From contig MNCI01002294.1 of NCBI GenBank assembly GCA_015680685.1, positions 305,926 through 369,925 of the forward strand: a stretch of 64,000 nucleotides of DNA, read 5' to 3'. The DNA comes from Gnetum montanum. Taxonomy: Eukaryota > Plantae > Gnetophyta. Positions within the stretch are counted from its first letter, which is position 1; each line of letters opens with the position of its first letter. Both the position numbers and the translations under genes were made by a program. The notes under the pieces were generated by a model. It was not told the origin of the DNA. It was given only the letters and a program-made list of their open reading frames with translations, and did no database searches. Shown here one piece after another: positions 36,724-51,821 of the stretch.

Positions 36724-38438
36724 TTTGTACTACCCTACCTATATTGTTATGAAAAGAGGAGCCTTGGTCACTTTGCTACTTTGGGGGCTAGTTTTGATTT
36801 CACTATCACAAAACACTAGGCAAAGAAGGAAACATCACTGCATGGATGGATTCTTGGCTAGTAAGAATATCCTTGCTAATGAGATGGAATTCAACATCTT
36901 AATCACTGCTTCACAGTGCATAGCAGAAGTCATAACTAGGTCATATAAGCTAAGAATTTTGTTTTTTTGTTTTAGCAATTGCTTGACCTATTCCATCGCA
37001 TTTAAAAAGTCCTTGTTGTTAGCCATGGGCTTTTTGCTCCTGTTATGCTTAACTTCCTTGATGCACCCCAAAATGTGTACTTTGTGTTTTGGCTGTTGTT
37101 GTTGCAACTTCTTCTCTTTTCCTTTTCCTTGGGTTTTAGGGTCCTCTTGTGGTTTTCTTGTTGAAGAAGCCTAGGTTGAAGAGGTCATGGGTATAGATGA
37201 TATGGGAGTGGGCTTCGGTGGGCTCACTTCCTTTCATGCCTTGGTTTGCTTATCATTTTTATTGTTGGGCTTTTGCTCAATCTTCTTCCTTTGCTTGGTT
37301 GGGGCCTTTTGATTATCTTTGGTTGCTTGGAAGGAAGAGGCCATTGCATTAGCCACCATGGGGGATCATTGTTTCATTGTGCGGGTGGACTCGATTGTAG
37401 CAAAAGCAAAAGGTACCCTAATGACAAAAGGCTTCTTGTGGGGTGTTAGTGATGGTACACTTACAACAAAGGAGGTCCTTGAACTAGTAGAAGTTAAAGG
37501 ACCCATTTTGTTGCAAGGAGGTACATGGATCATAAATACTTCCCTCGTAGGCCTTGGGTCATGGTTAATGTTGAACATTGCTATGGTGTATGGGCTATTA
37601 TTGGAATTCAATGGGTCTTTGTACATATGCATCAATTGGTTTTGAGGACAAACTAGGTTATAAGCATCAAGTACTAACTCACACCTATCTATCATCTTTT
37701 GCAAGTCATCTTTCAATGCAAGGCAAAAATCAATGTCATGACCTAGTAATTGATGATAGTGGAAAAAGTAAGCTTAAAGTACTTAAGCACCTAAGGATAA
37801 TCCTTGGTTGCTCGAGTAGGATTTTTGGCTATCTCACATAACCTTTCATGCCCCTTTTAGGCATTCTTGATCATTGGCTTGTATTATATCCTTCCACTCT
37901 TCAATAGTTGGTCTAACAATTTGGATGGTTTTAGAGTTAACTTACTATATTTGGTTCAATCTTTGTACTCAAAGTTGGATCTCAAAGTAGTCAATGTGAT
38001 GGTCCTAGATGTCAAGGAATGGTTATTATTATTGTTAGCAGGGATCCTGGGTTGGTTGGTTCTTGGCCCCTGATTAGTTGTCTTGCTCTCTTTAGATACA
38101 ATGGCCATTGACACATTGTTTTGCCTTCACCTCTCCATGTCCTTTTGTGAATGCTAGTTGTTGTATGCCACATAGATAGGGTTGTGGCTAGCCTCCATGA
38201 CATCCTCTATATTTTTGGTATGGGAAAAGGCTTGACTTAGTGACCATGAATTAAGGTATTACAATTTCAAGTTTTTAAAATTGTTAACTATCCTCTTGAA
38301 AATAGCTAAAAGTTATGTTTCAGCTATTGGTTTTGGTATCTTGTTGAGTAAAGTGTTCCATCATTGGATAAAATTTTGCATCAGTTTGAGGGATCCTTAC
38401 TTGACCTTTATTAGCTAGTCAAGGATGGTATCAAGTTT

Positions 38439-41400
38439 TGATGAGCCAAGAAAAATTCATTGCTAGATATCTTTAATCTTTATCTTTTTTTCTTTCATTG
38501 TAGAAATTATCACCTCGTCTATGACTAACCCGCGAGTTGTATCTTGTGGAGGAATAGTTTAAAGTTAAAAGATCAGCAAGACATAAAACCAACAATTAGC
38601 TCTAGATTCAAATGAGAACACCACACTTATGGCTATCACCCATAAGTAAAATCAACAATATTCACCTTAAATTCTAACATTAAGTTCAAAGATAAATACA
38701 ATCAATTAAACCAAATTAAATTTATAAGAAATAAGAAAGATTACAAAGGAGACATCACCTAATTTGTGACGCTGCTTTGTTGTCTCCATAGTGAAACAAC
38801 TTTACAATCTTAAAACATTGTTGGCTATTAATTGCCAAAAAGCATCAACACTCTTCCTTCACAATTTTATGCACAAAAAAAAATTCTAATTTGGTGTGGT
38901 TCTCTCAATAGTATCCTCTCTCTATTTCTTCGTATCCTTTTTTCTATTCTTCCCTCCTTTATTACATCTGGCTAGGGAATTTATAAGGATTGGTTTGGCA
39001 CATGAGGATCCACCACTCGTGCGTAATAGCCATGACAATTGCTACCCACACATAACGTCCACCACCACCACCTGCACAGGTAACATTCATTGTAATGTCC
39101 ACCGCCACCACTTGCGTAGGTAATGGTTGTAGCAATGTGTAGGAAATAGCTATAGTTATATGGTCAAAGAGCATGGTTGATGGAGTAGCACACCCACATT
39201 ATAGTGCCAGCGTCCAAGTTGTAGCTCCATTACCACCATAAATCCTCAACATGCATTCTTGTTACTACTGCAAAAATAAAACCAAAAACCAAAAAACATA
39301 ACACCAGTATAGATCAAGGAATTGGATTCTTTAATTGCCACCACATGGCTACCCAGCAACAAAACTTGCACCTCTGGTTCAAGTCTTTAGTACATAAAAA
39401 CTAATAAACTAACAATAATCTAATAATAATAAACTAATACTCATCACTATAATAAACTAAAATAAATTAAAATAACTTAAATAAACATTAATTAAACACT
39501 AATTAAATAATTAACAATATGTAATTAAGATTTTAAAACTACAAATTTTGGGGTTTAACACAACCCCCTACTAGCCTTTGGCCAGTGCTTGGCTATAAAG
39601 GCAAAAATAAAATAAAATAAAACATTAATAGTTGTATAAGAAAATAGAATTATTTCAAGATATTTTTTTAGGTACTCAAAACTTAATATATTGGAAATAT
39701 GTAGACATTTAATAAGAAAAGTATTAAAATAAAAATAAATTTGTTTATTGCCTAAATGTCCAAATATTTATTTACTAATTATACCTATTCCTCTTTTAAT
39801 GCTAAATTTTTATTCTTGGATATGAGTTCACATATAACTCTATTAGAAAGGTACTACCTAAGATTAATTGGACTTAACTTCACCTCACAAGGTCTGCTTT
39901 GTTAGGTGCAAGAATGTCTTATAAACTCAAGGTTTAAACCTTTTCTATGATTCAAGGATCCAAGATGCATTACTTACATCTAACTCATTCCCTAACTTGA
40001 TCTTGGCTTAGCTTCTAAGTTGGTTATACCTAACTATCATATCCTTTATTAATTGGTTATCCCCTCACCCTAATTAATCTAAGGTATGTAACATATCTAG
40101 GTTAATTAGCAAATATAAATTATTAAAAAGAGATATGGTCAAAGGATATACTAAAAACAAAAGTTTACCTAGGTTTTATATATCCAGACTAAGAGGAAAC
40201 CAAAGGCAATGAATGAACAAGTATCCATCATAGCTACCATAGCAGGGATCTTGACCATTGACACTTATGAAAGACATGTTGAGAAACACAAAGAAAAACC
40301 CATGCACAAAAGTACCACTTGTTAAACAGATGACCATGAAAGAGAAAATTGGAAGATAACACAACAAAAATGAAAAAGAGGAATAGCAAATAGTAAAAAC
40401 TAGACAAAAACAAAAGCAAAAAGAATAATAATCTAAGAATTATAAAGAAACAAAAGCAAAATAACTAAATAACAGATTAAGAGGAATGATTAAAAGTGAA
40501 GGTACCCATTAAGATACCGACTATGGAGGAGTCACTCCTTTGCTACCAATGTTATACCTCGGTTCTAAGGTAGTTGCACCTTGATTTGATTGGTAATTAT
40601 TACTTATCCCTTAAACACTCTGCTTATAGAAGGGGGTTCTTATAGGATGCTTAAAATTGTGAACTTAGAGCATCGTCCCAACTGTAAGGTTTTTGTGGGG
40701 TCATGTTTTTTTATTTCTTGATTTTTTTTCTTTCTTTTTTTTCATTTTCTTTTTCTTTTCTCTTTTTTTTTACAAGAAATTTAATATCTGATTAGCTTCA
40801 ACCGTGAGGTTCTTGTGGGAGCCAATTTCATTTTGTAAGGGTTGCTCACATGGCTTGATATCGATAAATACCTTTTGCTATCAAAGAAACTAGGTCCAAT
40901 ATAACACACCCTTTCAACCTTAGTGACTCATCTAATTAGGTATTTAATAGAAACCAAACACTAATAAGCATTACCCTAAACTAAGCTATTTAGCCACCTT
41001 GAATTATAAAACTTGTACTTAAAGAATATTGTTGAAAAATAATAAAGTTTATTATGTGTAAGAAACTTATTAATCTAAGGCTCATCCTTAGTTAGATTTT
41101 GGGTTTAAACCTACTTATCTCAAGGTAGGAGGAGTTGTCTTTCTCCCTTGCATTTGAAACATGATGCTACTGAATTCTTTATAGTTCCAACTAACAATAG
41201 AATTTCCTTTCCCTCTACAGTTTTAAAGGTAAAAGTTGTAGACTGTAAATACTACTTTATAGTTTATTCTATGAAATAAGAGTCTTGTTGAAGGTTATTT
41301 TTAAGATCTAAGACTTCTAATAGATTGTTGTTATGGAATTCATCAATTATGGGATAAGTTGAGTCACTTAGCTCTACAAGTTTATCTTCTCTAGGTTCCC

Positions 41401-44400
41401 CAATGTGATGTTGATGATATAACTTGAGTCTTTGTCCATTGATTAAGAATGTAGTTGAGGAATCATCAATAGGTGATAAGAGAACACTTCCATTATCATG
41501 GGATTGGATAACTAAATAAGAGCCTTCCCACGTAGTTTTTAACTTCCTTAAAAATCTAGGTAATCTCATATTGTAGAGAAGAACTTTATCACCTACGCAA
41601 AAGTGTTTTTTAAAGATATTCTTATCATGTATTGTTTTCATTTGTTTCTTTATAATTTTTTGTATATCAAGGTCATGTAGCCACATTTCATCAAGTTCAT
41701 GAAGTTAGTTGATTTGAATAGCCTAGTTCATGTCTTCATGAAAGTTGAGCTATTGGGATAACTGTAAAGATTGATATTTAAGTTCAATAGGTAATAGACT
41801 TAACTTACCAAAAACCAATTGACAAGGTGAATATACTAAACTTGATTTATAAGTAATCTAATAAGCCCAAAGTGCATCTTGAAATTTTTTAGACCAATCC
41901 TTTTCTTTAGTACATATAGTTTTTGTTAATATATTCAAGGTAATTCTATTATCATTCTCTACTTGGCCATTTGTTTGAGGATGGTAGGCAATAGCTATTT
42001 TATGTTGGATACCATAAGAGTTAAGGAATTTTTCCATGATTTTATTGACAAAATGAATTCCTTGATCACTAATGATTGCTTGTGGAGTTCCAAAACATGT
42101 TAAAATATAATTTCTAAGGAATTCTACAACAACCTTAACATCATTTTTTGGAGTGGCTTTTGCTTCTACATGTTTGGTGACATAGTCAATACAAACCAAA
42201 ATGTATTAACATCCATTAGATGGTGGAAATGATCTTAAAATATCTATACCCCACACATCAAATGGTTCTATTATTAAAATTTGTTTTAAGGGAATTTCAT
42301 GTCTTTTTGTTATCGCTCCCATTCATTGACATTCATCACATTCTTGCACATACTTATGTGCATCTTTAAAATTTGAGGGCTAATAAAATCCACTTTGAAG
42401 GATTTTGATAGTGGTACATTTGCTATTAAAGTGGCTACCCCCTAAATCATCATGACACATTTGAATTGCTTGTTGTTCATTCTCAACCACACATTTGCTT
42501 GCTATGTTATCCTTATAGATTTGATAGAGATATGGATTACTTTAGATATACCTAAATATGGTGAGTAAGAAAGATTTCTTTTCTTCCTTAGTCCAATTGG
42601 TAGGGGTTTTCATAGTGGTTAGATAGTTGGCTATATCAACAAACCAAGGATCATTTCTTGTAGAAAAATGTTGTTCATAAGAAAATTCATCATGAAAGAA
42701 TCATTGTGTTCGATTCTCATCAGTAGTTTCTGGCCTTGAAAGATTATCTGCTACTACATTTTTCCTTTCTCTTTTATCAAAAATATCTAGGTCAAATTCT
42801 TAGAGTAATAAGCACTATCTCATTATTATTGAATTTTCTATTTTTTTGGTAACTAAGAATTTAATGGCTAAATGATCAGTATATACTCTAATTTTATATC
42901 CTATTAAATAATGTCCAAATTTATCTAGAGCATATACAATAGCTAATAATTCTTTTTTTGTAGTTGTATAGTTTACTTGGGCTTGATCTAAACTTTTGGA
43001 TACATAATAAATCACTTGCAGTTTATGATCAATGTATTATTCAAAAGTTGCCCTTACTATTGTGTCACTAGCATCAGACATTAGATCAAATGGATAATCC
43101 CAATTAGGTGCATTTAATATAGGGGTTGTGGTTACTCATTTTTCAATTCCAAGAATGCTTATTAACAGTCATTAGTCCAAACAAATGAAACATCTTTTTC
43201 TAAGAGCATGTTTAATGGTTTTGCAATTTTTGAAAAGTCTTTGATAAACCTTCTATAATACCCAGCATGTCCTAGAAAAGATCAAAGAGTCTTTAAATTA
43301 GTTGGATCTGAAGTGTAGATATGACTCTTATTTTCTCATCATCCATCCTTATCCCATCTTTAGAAATAACATGTCCTAACACTATGCCACTTGTAACCAT
43401 CAAGTGACTCTTTTCCCAACTTAATTTGAAATTTTTATCAATACATCTATCTAAGACATGTTCAAAATGTTGTAAATGTTTTTTATAAGTTTTCCCATAG
43501 ACTAAAAAATCATCCATAAAAAATTCAACATAATCTTCTAACATATCAGAAAATATTGAGATCATGGCTCTTTCGAAAGTAGCTAGTGCATTACAAAGGC
43601 CAAAAGGCATACGTTTATAAGAAAAAGTTCCATAAGAACATGTAAAGGTTGTTTTTATGTTGGTCTTTAGGGGCAATGGCTACTTGATTATAACCACTAA
43701 ATCCATGTATGGTAATAAGCACCATCTATTTTTTGAGAATTTGATCTATGTATGGTAATGGAAAATGGTCTTTCTTTGCATTTTGATTTAACCTTCTATA
43801 ATCTACATAGACTCTCCATTTTCCATCCCTTTTTGGTACTACAACAATGGGGCTTATCCATTCATTATCAACTATTGGATAAATTATTTCTCATTTTCAA
43901 AGTTTTGAAATTTCATCCTTAACAATTTATTTTAAGGCTAGATTAATTCATCTTAGGGGAATTCTTACTGGTTTTACATTTTCTTTTAGATAGATATGAT
44001 GTTGGCATATCTTGGGTGAGATTCCTTGGTGAAGGTCCTCATAACTCCATGTAAATGCCTTAGATTTTCTACGTATAACTTCATTTTCTTTATTACTCAT
44101 TAGTAAGTTGCGAATTTATTATTAAAAGTTATTATGATATAGAAAAACATACTTAAGTGTACTAGTTAGTTCTCTAAGATCCAAGGAATCTTTATTTTTT
44201 GGTTGAATTATTTTTCCAATATTCCTTGAACCCAAAGTCAAAATCTTGTCAAGGAAATCTAGTTGTTCTTTAGTTGAGGAATCTAAAGGTCCTTCCTCAA
44301 AATTATTCAACACTATGATTTTCCTATCTTGTGCCATTGCTAAAGTGGGTAAAGTGTACAACATTCTTGCTTTCTTCAAGTCTACATTTAAACAATCTTC

Positions 44401-47400
44401 TTTTACCTTATCATATATATATATTTAGTGTAAAAGTAAGATTGGCAAAGGAAAGTTGAAGTTTTCTAGATCTACAATTAATTACCACATTAGTTATTGC
44501 TAACCAAGGTCTACCTAATATAATAGAAAAATAATCATGATCTTTTACTTGCAAAAGAACAAAGTCAATTAGGTATTTTCCTTTCTCTACTTGAATTATC
44601 ATATCCTCTACTATTCCTATGGGATTTACATTTGAACCATCATCTAATGATATTGTCATGTTTACTCCTTTGATACCTAGCCATTTCAAAAGGCATGATA
44701 TTAATGTTGGCTCCTAAATCCAATACGGAATTTTTAATTACTTGGTCATTTATTTTGATTAGGATGGTAGGGGACTCTAGGATCTTGGTATTTTGGAATC
44801 TCATGATTTTGTATAAGTTGAGAAAGATTTTCAACCAAATAAACCTATTTAGGAATTTTTTGCTTTCTTCTCCTAGTGCATCATTCCCTTAAGTATTTGG
44901 CATAAAGAGGTGTGTCTTTTTCTACTTGTTCTAAAGGGATATGCAAATACAATTCACTAAAAAAATTTTCAAGATGGGCTTTAGTTGTAAAATCCTCTTG
45001 TAATCATTTAGCGAAAGGAGGTAGAACTAGTTGCATAGAGAGTAATGGTTATTATTTTTCCCTAGTTGGTTGATCTTCCTCATTTACTATTTGTGGCTGA
45101 ATTTCTTCTTGTGTCCCTACCTCCTGAAATCTCACCTTCTTTTGGGATTTAGGTTCAATTGTTTTTCCACTCCTTGTAGTGATGAAATGTAATTGCCCTT
45201 TACCCTTTCTTTGAGAGGTAGGATATGGTTCAGGTTGGGATGGTAATTCATTTTTTATTAACTCCTAAAATCTCTTTCAAGTCTCACTCATGAATTATCT
45301 ACTTTATTCTATGAAAGAAATAAGGCTTTGGATGAGTTCATCCAAGTGTTCATTAGTTGGATTCTTAAATGACCTAAAGTTATTTTGAGGATATTGTTGT
45401 TGGTAAAATGGTTGTTGAGGAAATTTCATTGTTGGTTGGCTCTTAAATTTTTGAAAAGCCTTTACTGACTCTTGTATTTCTTCTTGATAATAGAATAAGG
45501 CTGGCATGTCATTTGGTCATGTTGGGGACTACAACAAATGCTGCACATTTCTCCTTGAATTCCATGAGCTTGTTTTTTAATTAATCATGTCAACTCATCC
45601 ACTTTTTTATTTAATTGTTCTATTTGTTAAGTCATGCCTTGTATAATATTTGGTTTTGGCTAATGTTTACTTTGATCTACTAACAAATTTATGATTCTAC
45701 AACCTTCTTCCAAGGTCACATTTAAAATATTTCCTCCACATGCAAAGTCAACATTTTGCCTACAATAAGGTAATAAGCCTTCTACAAAGATTTGAATTAA
45801 TTGATGGCCTCAAAATCCATGGTTTGGATTTTTTAAGCATAATCCTTTAAATATATCAAAGGCACTCTCAAAGTCTTCATCCTTATGTTGCATAAAACTC
45901 ATTAATTGCTTTCTTAATGAATACAACCTACCATTAGAAAGAAATCTTTGTAGAAAAGCATTCTTAAATTCATCCCATGAACTAATTTGTGTTCTAAGGC
46001 TTTGTAGCCAAAAAACAACTTTATCCTTTAAAGTTGATTTAAAGGTAATCATCTTAATTCTATCCCCACTCTAAGGTGCTAACATGACTAATGTTGTTTC
46101 AAATTCTCTTATGTGCGTAATCAAATCCTCATCATTTGTCCCTTTAAAGATCAATGATAAATTAATATTTTTAACCTCTACATCTCTTCCTTATGGAAAA
46201 ACTAATGGTCCTTGAGATAGAATGGATATTCTTTGATTCAATAACTCCCCAAGGATTTGTTCTGGGTAGGGCTGACCAATTGGAACATTGGAACTCAAAC
46301 TACCAAAGGAGAGAGGAATTGAACCTAAGAAAAATGGGAGAGGTGTATGATGTGAAGATGATCCCATCGTGTAAGTAGAGGTTACTATTGGGGTTACTAT
46401 AGGATTTGGTATAGAAATAGAGACAGGTGGTGGAGTTTGTAACTTGAAAGTACTTACTGGTTAGGTAAAACCTCCAATTGTCATCACATAAGTTGATATT
46501 TGAGTAGTATAGATTATGAGACCTTGCCCTTGTAGTTGAACTCATGGTTGTAGTTGGAATATCAAATAGAGGATTAACAGATATGGAAAAATTATGTTGT
46601 GTTTTTTCTTTGGGATTTTGAGTTCTCAAAGGGGAAGAAAAATTAGATCTTGATTGTATTGGTTCCTTTTGATCCTATTTTTGAGTGACTTTTGTACATT
46701 TATAAAGGCTAAGAGTGCTCATAGAAGGTTGAATTCATGTTGGTTTCTTTGGTTTCTTTGTTGGTTTCATTTAATAAGAACATTCTTCATTGGCACATTC
46801 ATGGGCTACCATTCTTAAAAATTTACAAACTAATTTAATAACTCCTACTATCATGACATTAATTGCAATTTTTTTAATAGTTTCAGTTGGTTGCACAATA
46901 AGAGGAGCTTATTCTTAGGATTTTTTCTTATTTTTGGATTTTTTAATGTAAGAAAAATAAGTAAAAGAAACTATTTCTTAAATTACTTAAATAAAAGAAA
47001 CATAAAATAAAATAAAATGTACCTAGAATATGAAATCACAAAATGAAATTAAAACATATATAACTCTTAATGATAATTAACTCTATTGGCCTCTTTGGCA
47101 ATGATGCCAAATTAACAAGCTAGGCAGAATTTGGTGTTGGATACCTTTAATCTTTATCTTCATTTATTTCATTGTAGAAATTGTGACTTCATCTATGACT
47201 GACCTACAAGTTGTATCCCATGGAGGAACTATTTAAAGTAAAAAAATCATCAAGACATAAAACCAACGATTAAATCTAGATTCAATTGAGAACAACACAC
47301 TTACGACTATCACCCATAAGTAAAATCAACAATATTCACCTTAACTTCTAACATTAAGTTCAAATATGAATACAATCAATTAAACCAAACTAAATTTAAA

Positions 47401-48261
47401 TAAATTTATGAGAAATAAAAAAGCTTACAAAGGAGACGTCACCTAATTTGTGACCTTGCTCTGTTGTCTCCATAGTGCAACAACTTACAATCTTAAAACA
47501 TTGTTGGCTGTTAATTACCATAAAGCATCAACACTTTTCCTTCACAATTTTGTGCACAAACAAAAATTCTAATTTGGTGTGGTTCTGTAAATAGTATCCT
47601 CTCCATTTCTTCATATCCTTTTTTTTAATTCTTCCCTCCTCTATTGCATCTGTCCAATGAATTTATAAGGACCAATCTAGCACAGTAGGAGCCATCACCC
47701 AGGTTTAACGGCCATGGCAATTACTACCCATGTGTAACATCCACTGTAACATCCACCACCACCACCCGTGTAGGTAACATTCACTGTAACACCCATCACC
47801 ACCACCTGTGCAAGTAATGATTGTAGGAATGTGTAGGAAACAACTGCAGTTGTGCAGTCAAAGAACGTGGTTGATGGACTAACACATCCATATTGCAATG
47901 TCAATGTCCAAATTGCAGCTCCATTACCACCATAAATCCTCAACGTGCATTCCTATTACTACTACAAGAGCAAAACCAGAACCTAAAAAACATAACACCT
48001 GTATAGATTAAGAAATTGGATTCTTCAATCACCACCACATGGTTGCCCAGCAACAAAACCTACACCTCTAGTTTGAGTCTTTGGTACATAAAAACTAATA
48101 AACTAATAATAATATAATAATAAGAATAAACTAATACTCATCACTATAATAAACTAAAATACAATAAACTAAAACAAATTAAAATAACTAAAATAAACAT
48201 TAATTAAATAATTAACAATATGTAATTAAGATTTTAAAACTACCAATTTTGGGGTTTAATA
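38439..48261 (-). mobile_element. Full-length decayed Athila retrotransposon (G)
   Basis: LTRs 47113-48261 and 38439-39560; PBS TTTGGCATCATTGCCAAAG (-) at ~47093-47111; PPT TAGTAGGGGGTTG (-) at ~39561-39573; flanks AGTTT/GGCTT could be a decayed TSD; order gag-PR-RT-RH-INT without aRH. Confidence 0.9.
41264..46150 (-). pseudogene. gag-pol of Athila element G
   Basis: Gag WLQSL..SWDEFKNAFLQRF..NPNHGF; knuckle CSICCSPQHDQMTC; PR VLDLGANINIMP..ILGRPWL; RT RMPFGLCNA..FMDDF; RH NYTTTKKELLAIV; INT FGTPQAIISDQG..YHPQTNGQVE..NGQRLKLY. Confidence 0.92.
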
Positions 48262-51200
48262 GGCTTCAAGTTATACTTGAAGTGGTTAACGAATTGTGAA
48301 ATCAAGTTCTCTAATGAGGATATAATCCTCTTAATAGGGCATGGTACTAGTCAAGGACATTTCCTATATGGAACATAGGAAATATTTGCATTATAGTGTG
48401 TGGCTAGGCTTGCAATAATAAGCATTTGGAGCAAAAGGTTATGAGATGAGTGTTGGGATCACCTTTGTCATTATACTTGGTGAACTACGATATGGAGACA
48501 CCTAGGGGAAGAGTTATTTGTTGGACCATAGGATTTATGGGATCATCCTAATAGAAATCTATGATTTTTATAGTCTAGGATGTGGAGGCTTTAAGCCTCT
48601 TTAACTCTTTAGTTAGGTTCTGTCTCATTTGGAAGGCTTCATCTAGCCCCTAAGGTGCCCCCATCAATTATGGGATCTACATGAAAGGTTGTGGTGTATG
48701 TTGGAAGGCTTGTGGCGTTGCTATTAGTTGTGGCACTAATGGGAGAGGTTGGGTCATCATAGTTACAAGTGGACTAAACAAAGAGAAAGATGTTTACATT
48801 AGTATCTGGGGCACAAACAGGACAAAAGGGGTATGTGATCCATAGGTTACTTGGGGTCCCATGGTGGGTCCCATCTAGGTAGAAGAGGATTAGTGGTGGT
48901 CACAACCATTGATGATGATTGCATAGACTAAGGTTGTGTGGTGAAAGAAATGGAGAAGTGAAAGATTGTAGGTTGTGGTACTAATTATGTTTGATGCGCT
49001 ATGATGACAGGCCTAGGTCCAAACATTGTAGGGTAGTAAGGGGTTGAGAATTGGGGCATTTGTCCCATGGAAGAGGTGAGTGGGATGGAGGTAGGCACTA
49101 TGGCCTTGGAGGTTGACTATTGAAAGAGCCCCCCTATGAGGTTCTCATGTTCAAACTCTACCCTAAACTCATCCTCTTCTCCTATTGCTCATACAAGCTA
49201 GCCTTTCCATCTTTCTCATCCATTTCAATTAATTGAGATAGGATGCACACATAGATTTCGATAAGGGGTATCTAGTCATATGAGGAAGGAATATATTCCT
49301 TTCCATCATGGTGTATGAGCTCATACTCCCTCTTGGCTTCTACTTCCATCCTTGGAATCATCATGTCAACTTGAATCTTGGCACAAATGAAGTTATAATG
49401 GTCTATTTATTATTGAGCACTCAAGACTTCATTCCCTAAGACTTAGGGATTACCTACATTCAATCATAGTGGGATCCTTGGGATCATACACTCTTATAGC
49501 CTATTAGTTGGACCTGGTATCAATGAACTTGAAGGACAAGATGGTTGATTGTTAGAAAGACATGTTGAAAATGTTTAAATTTTTGCTAAATAAAATATTT
49601 GATTAATAAAGTAAATAAAAATTATAGCAAATTAAATTTTCAAATGCCAAAAGGGGGTATGGCTCTTAAAGATTATAGGTTGTAAAGAGTAAATGGTTGT
49701 CAAAGGGGTATACACCTTTACTTAAGAAAAATGCAAAAAATTTGGGTATCAAACCCCAACCACGATGGGCTCACCAACAACACCATCGCTAAGGATGAGA
49801 AGGGGGTAAGAATGAGGGTAAGATGAAAAATATTACACCTCTCTTCATAGCGTTGGAGGAGGGGATTTACCTTTGGTAGTTAGTATTGTTTGACTAAGAG
49901 AAAAGTCAAAACTTTGATTTTATTCAAAGGTATTAGTGTTGATAGGCTGCCAACATTGGACTTGTTGAAAAATTTTCATAGTAAGGGGGGGGCGAGGGGA
50001 GAGGGGGGAGATGAGGGATGAGGCTTTTGGTGATGAAATCACCAACACTAACCTTATTGAAAACGTTTTTGCAATAGAGGGAGGTACATTTTTGTAGGAC
50101 ACCAATGCTAGCTTCAAAATTTCCAACAATAGCTATAAAATTTTTCAAAACCCAAATCACCTGCAACCTCCATGTTGGGTTTTGGTGGTAGGGGGTATGG
50201 GTGGCAGCATTAGTTTTATAGCAAACAAACGTGTTAGTAAAATTTGCAAAAAAAAATTTACAGATTTTAAAAATGATAGGCAATGTTGTTAAACAAGCAA
50301 TAGGTTTACACATAGAATTTGGGTAGAGGCCCTCCTTCTAGCACTAGAAAATTGTAGTGACTTGAAAATTTGGTCACTGGAAAACTAAAGATCCTAGTGC
50401 ATCAATTTTGACCCTGGATCCTAAGGGCCTTTGCAATATATATATATATAGGATCCAAGGTTCCCTAGATGGTCCAACATATCACCTAGGGACTTGGAAG
50501 ATGTAAATGAGGTAATAAAATAAAAATGCAATGTAGATCTAAAAAGTAAATGCAAAAAATGAAAAATAAATCAAACTATGATCTAACTTACACATAAATA
50601 GAACTATAAACTTTATTTTAATAAAAATAAAGAGGGTTTAGAGAATGTGTATAAGATGTACCTAAGAAAGTAGGAGGTTCACTTTGATGAGGGATTGGAG
50701 TCTATTGAAACCAGTGACTTTAAATGTCATAGTCAACTCCATGATCCAGAGGTTCCACAATATCCAATGCTATCATACCTTGCTATAGTCCACACTAGAT
50801 TTGCAACATTAGTGGTACAATGGGGATAAGATATGTGGGGGGTTTTAGGCTACTAAAAAGAGCCATGCTGGAAGCGTCAAAGCCCATATTACTCAGTGTT
50901 AGTATCAAAGCTCACACAATCTCAAGAGGATGTAACAATGATTGTAATGGTTATAACTTCCACACTAGGGATGATTCAAAATATTTGCATTTGAAAGTTC
51001 TCAAAAGCTCTTGAATGCAAAAATATGCCTAAATGTGCCAACAAGTGAAACCTTTCTATGGTGTACAAGTTTTGGTTATATAGATCTCAATGGCCATCAA
51101 TTTTGCTATATATTTCTACCTAATTGTTGATAGATTTCTACCACATACAAGTGTTGCAAGTGTTTAAATCCAACATGGTTTCTATGTATGGTAATATTTT

Positions 51201-51480
51201 TACCCCCATGAAATCAAAACCATTCCATTTACCAAAATAGTAAATGAGAATTTCATCCACATTGGCTTCTTCCACCCATGTTGGGCCTTCCAATAGCAAC
51301 ACTGAAGTGCAGGATCAATGCTGGAGTTGCAATGTTGAAATCTTGGGCCATTCTAGTGCAACATTAGGGGTAAGATGCAATGCTAGGGGGCGGGGGAGGG
51401 GGTTAAGAGTTATACCCCACAACAATAGGCAAAGGTGGGGTTGTACGATGTGCACAACACCCCCCTGGCGCCACCCACAN

Positions 51481-51511
<31 letters not shown>

Positions 51512-51821
51512 AACAGTTATCTCCAACATAGAAAATGTTATACCCCTTACAAAAGCCATCAAAATGCTAGTTTTGGTAGTCCAAAAGACATTTTAACCCT
51601 TCCAAGCCCAAATATATGCATAATATGACTTTTTTTCACTTGGGAGTTGAGGCTTTGATCACTTATGAGGCATTTTTCAGCCCCAAAATCTAAAGTATGT
51701 GAAATTGTATCTCTTGGATCACAATCTTCACATTTTACAATGAAGTTTTAGACTCAAGTTTCATGGGGTAAGGGTTACAATGTTAAAAAGGATTATAACA
51801 TGCATTTTTTGTGGTGTTTCA

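Larger units (their letters stand above)
34200..51821 (-). mobile_element. Decayed, pol-deleted Ogre-like element (F), split by an Athila insertion
   Basis: Candidate 5' LTR 51821 to ~49780 (starts TGAAACACCAC on -); possible decayed PBS at ~49755-49776; gag FTKYNDKGDPNTHL..MQIFP at ~48500-48290; gag C-terminus ..KDDLQKMID at ~37700; protease 36723-36457; integrase-tail-like KIRKHFH at ~36130. The downstream boundary is uncertain. Confidence 0.65.

Noticed and set aside
51481-51509. Poly-C tract as a G-quadruplex element or Pro-rich ORF
   Set aside because: It is adjacent to an N join, so the homopolymer length is unreliable.
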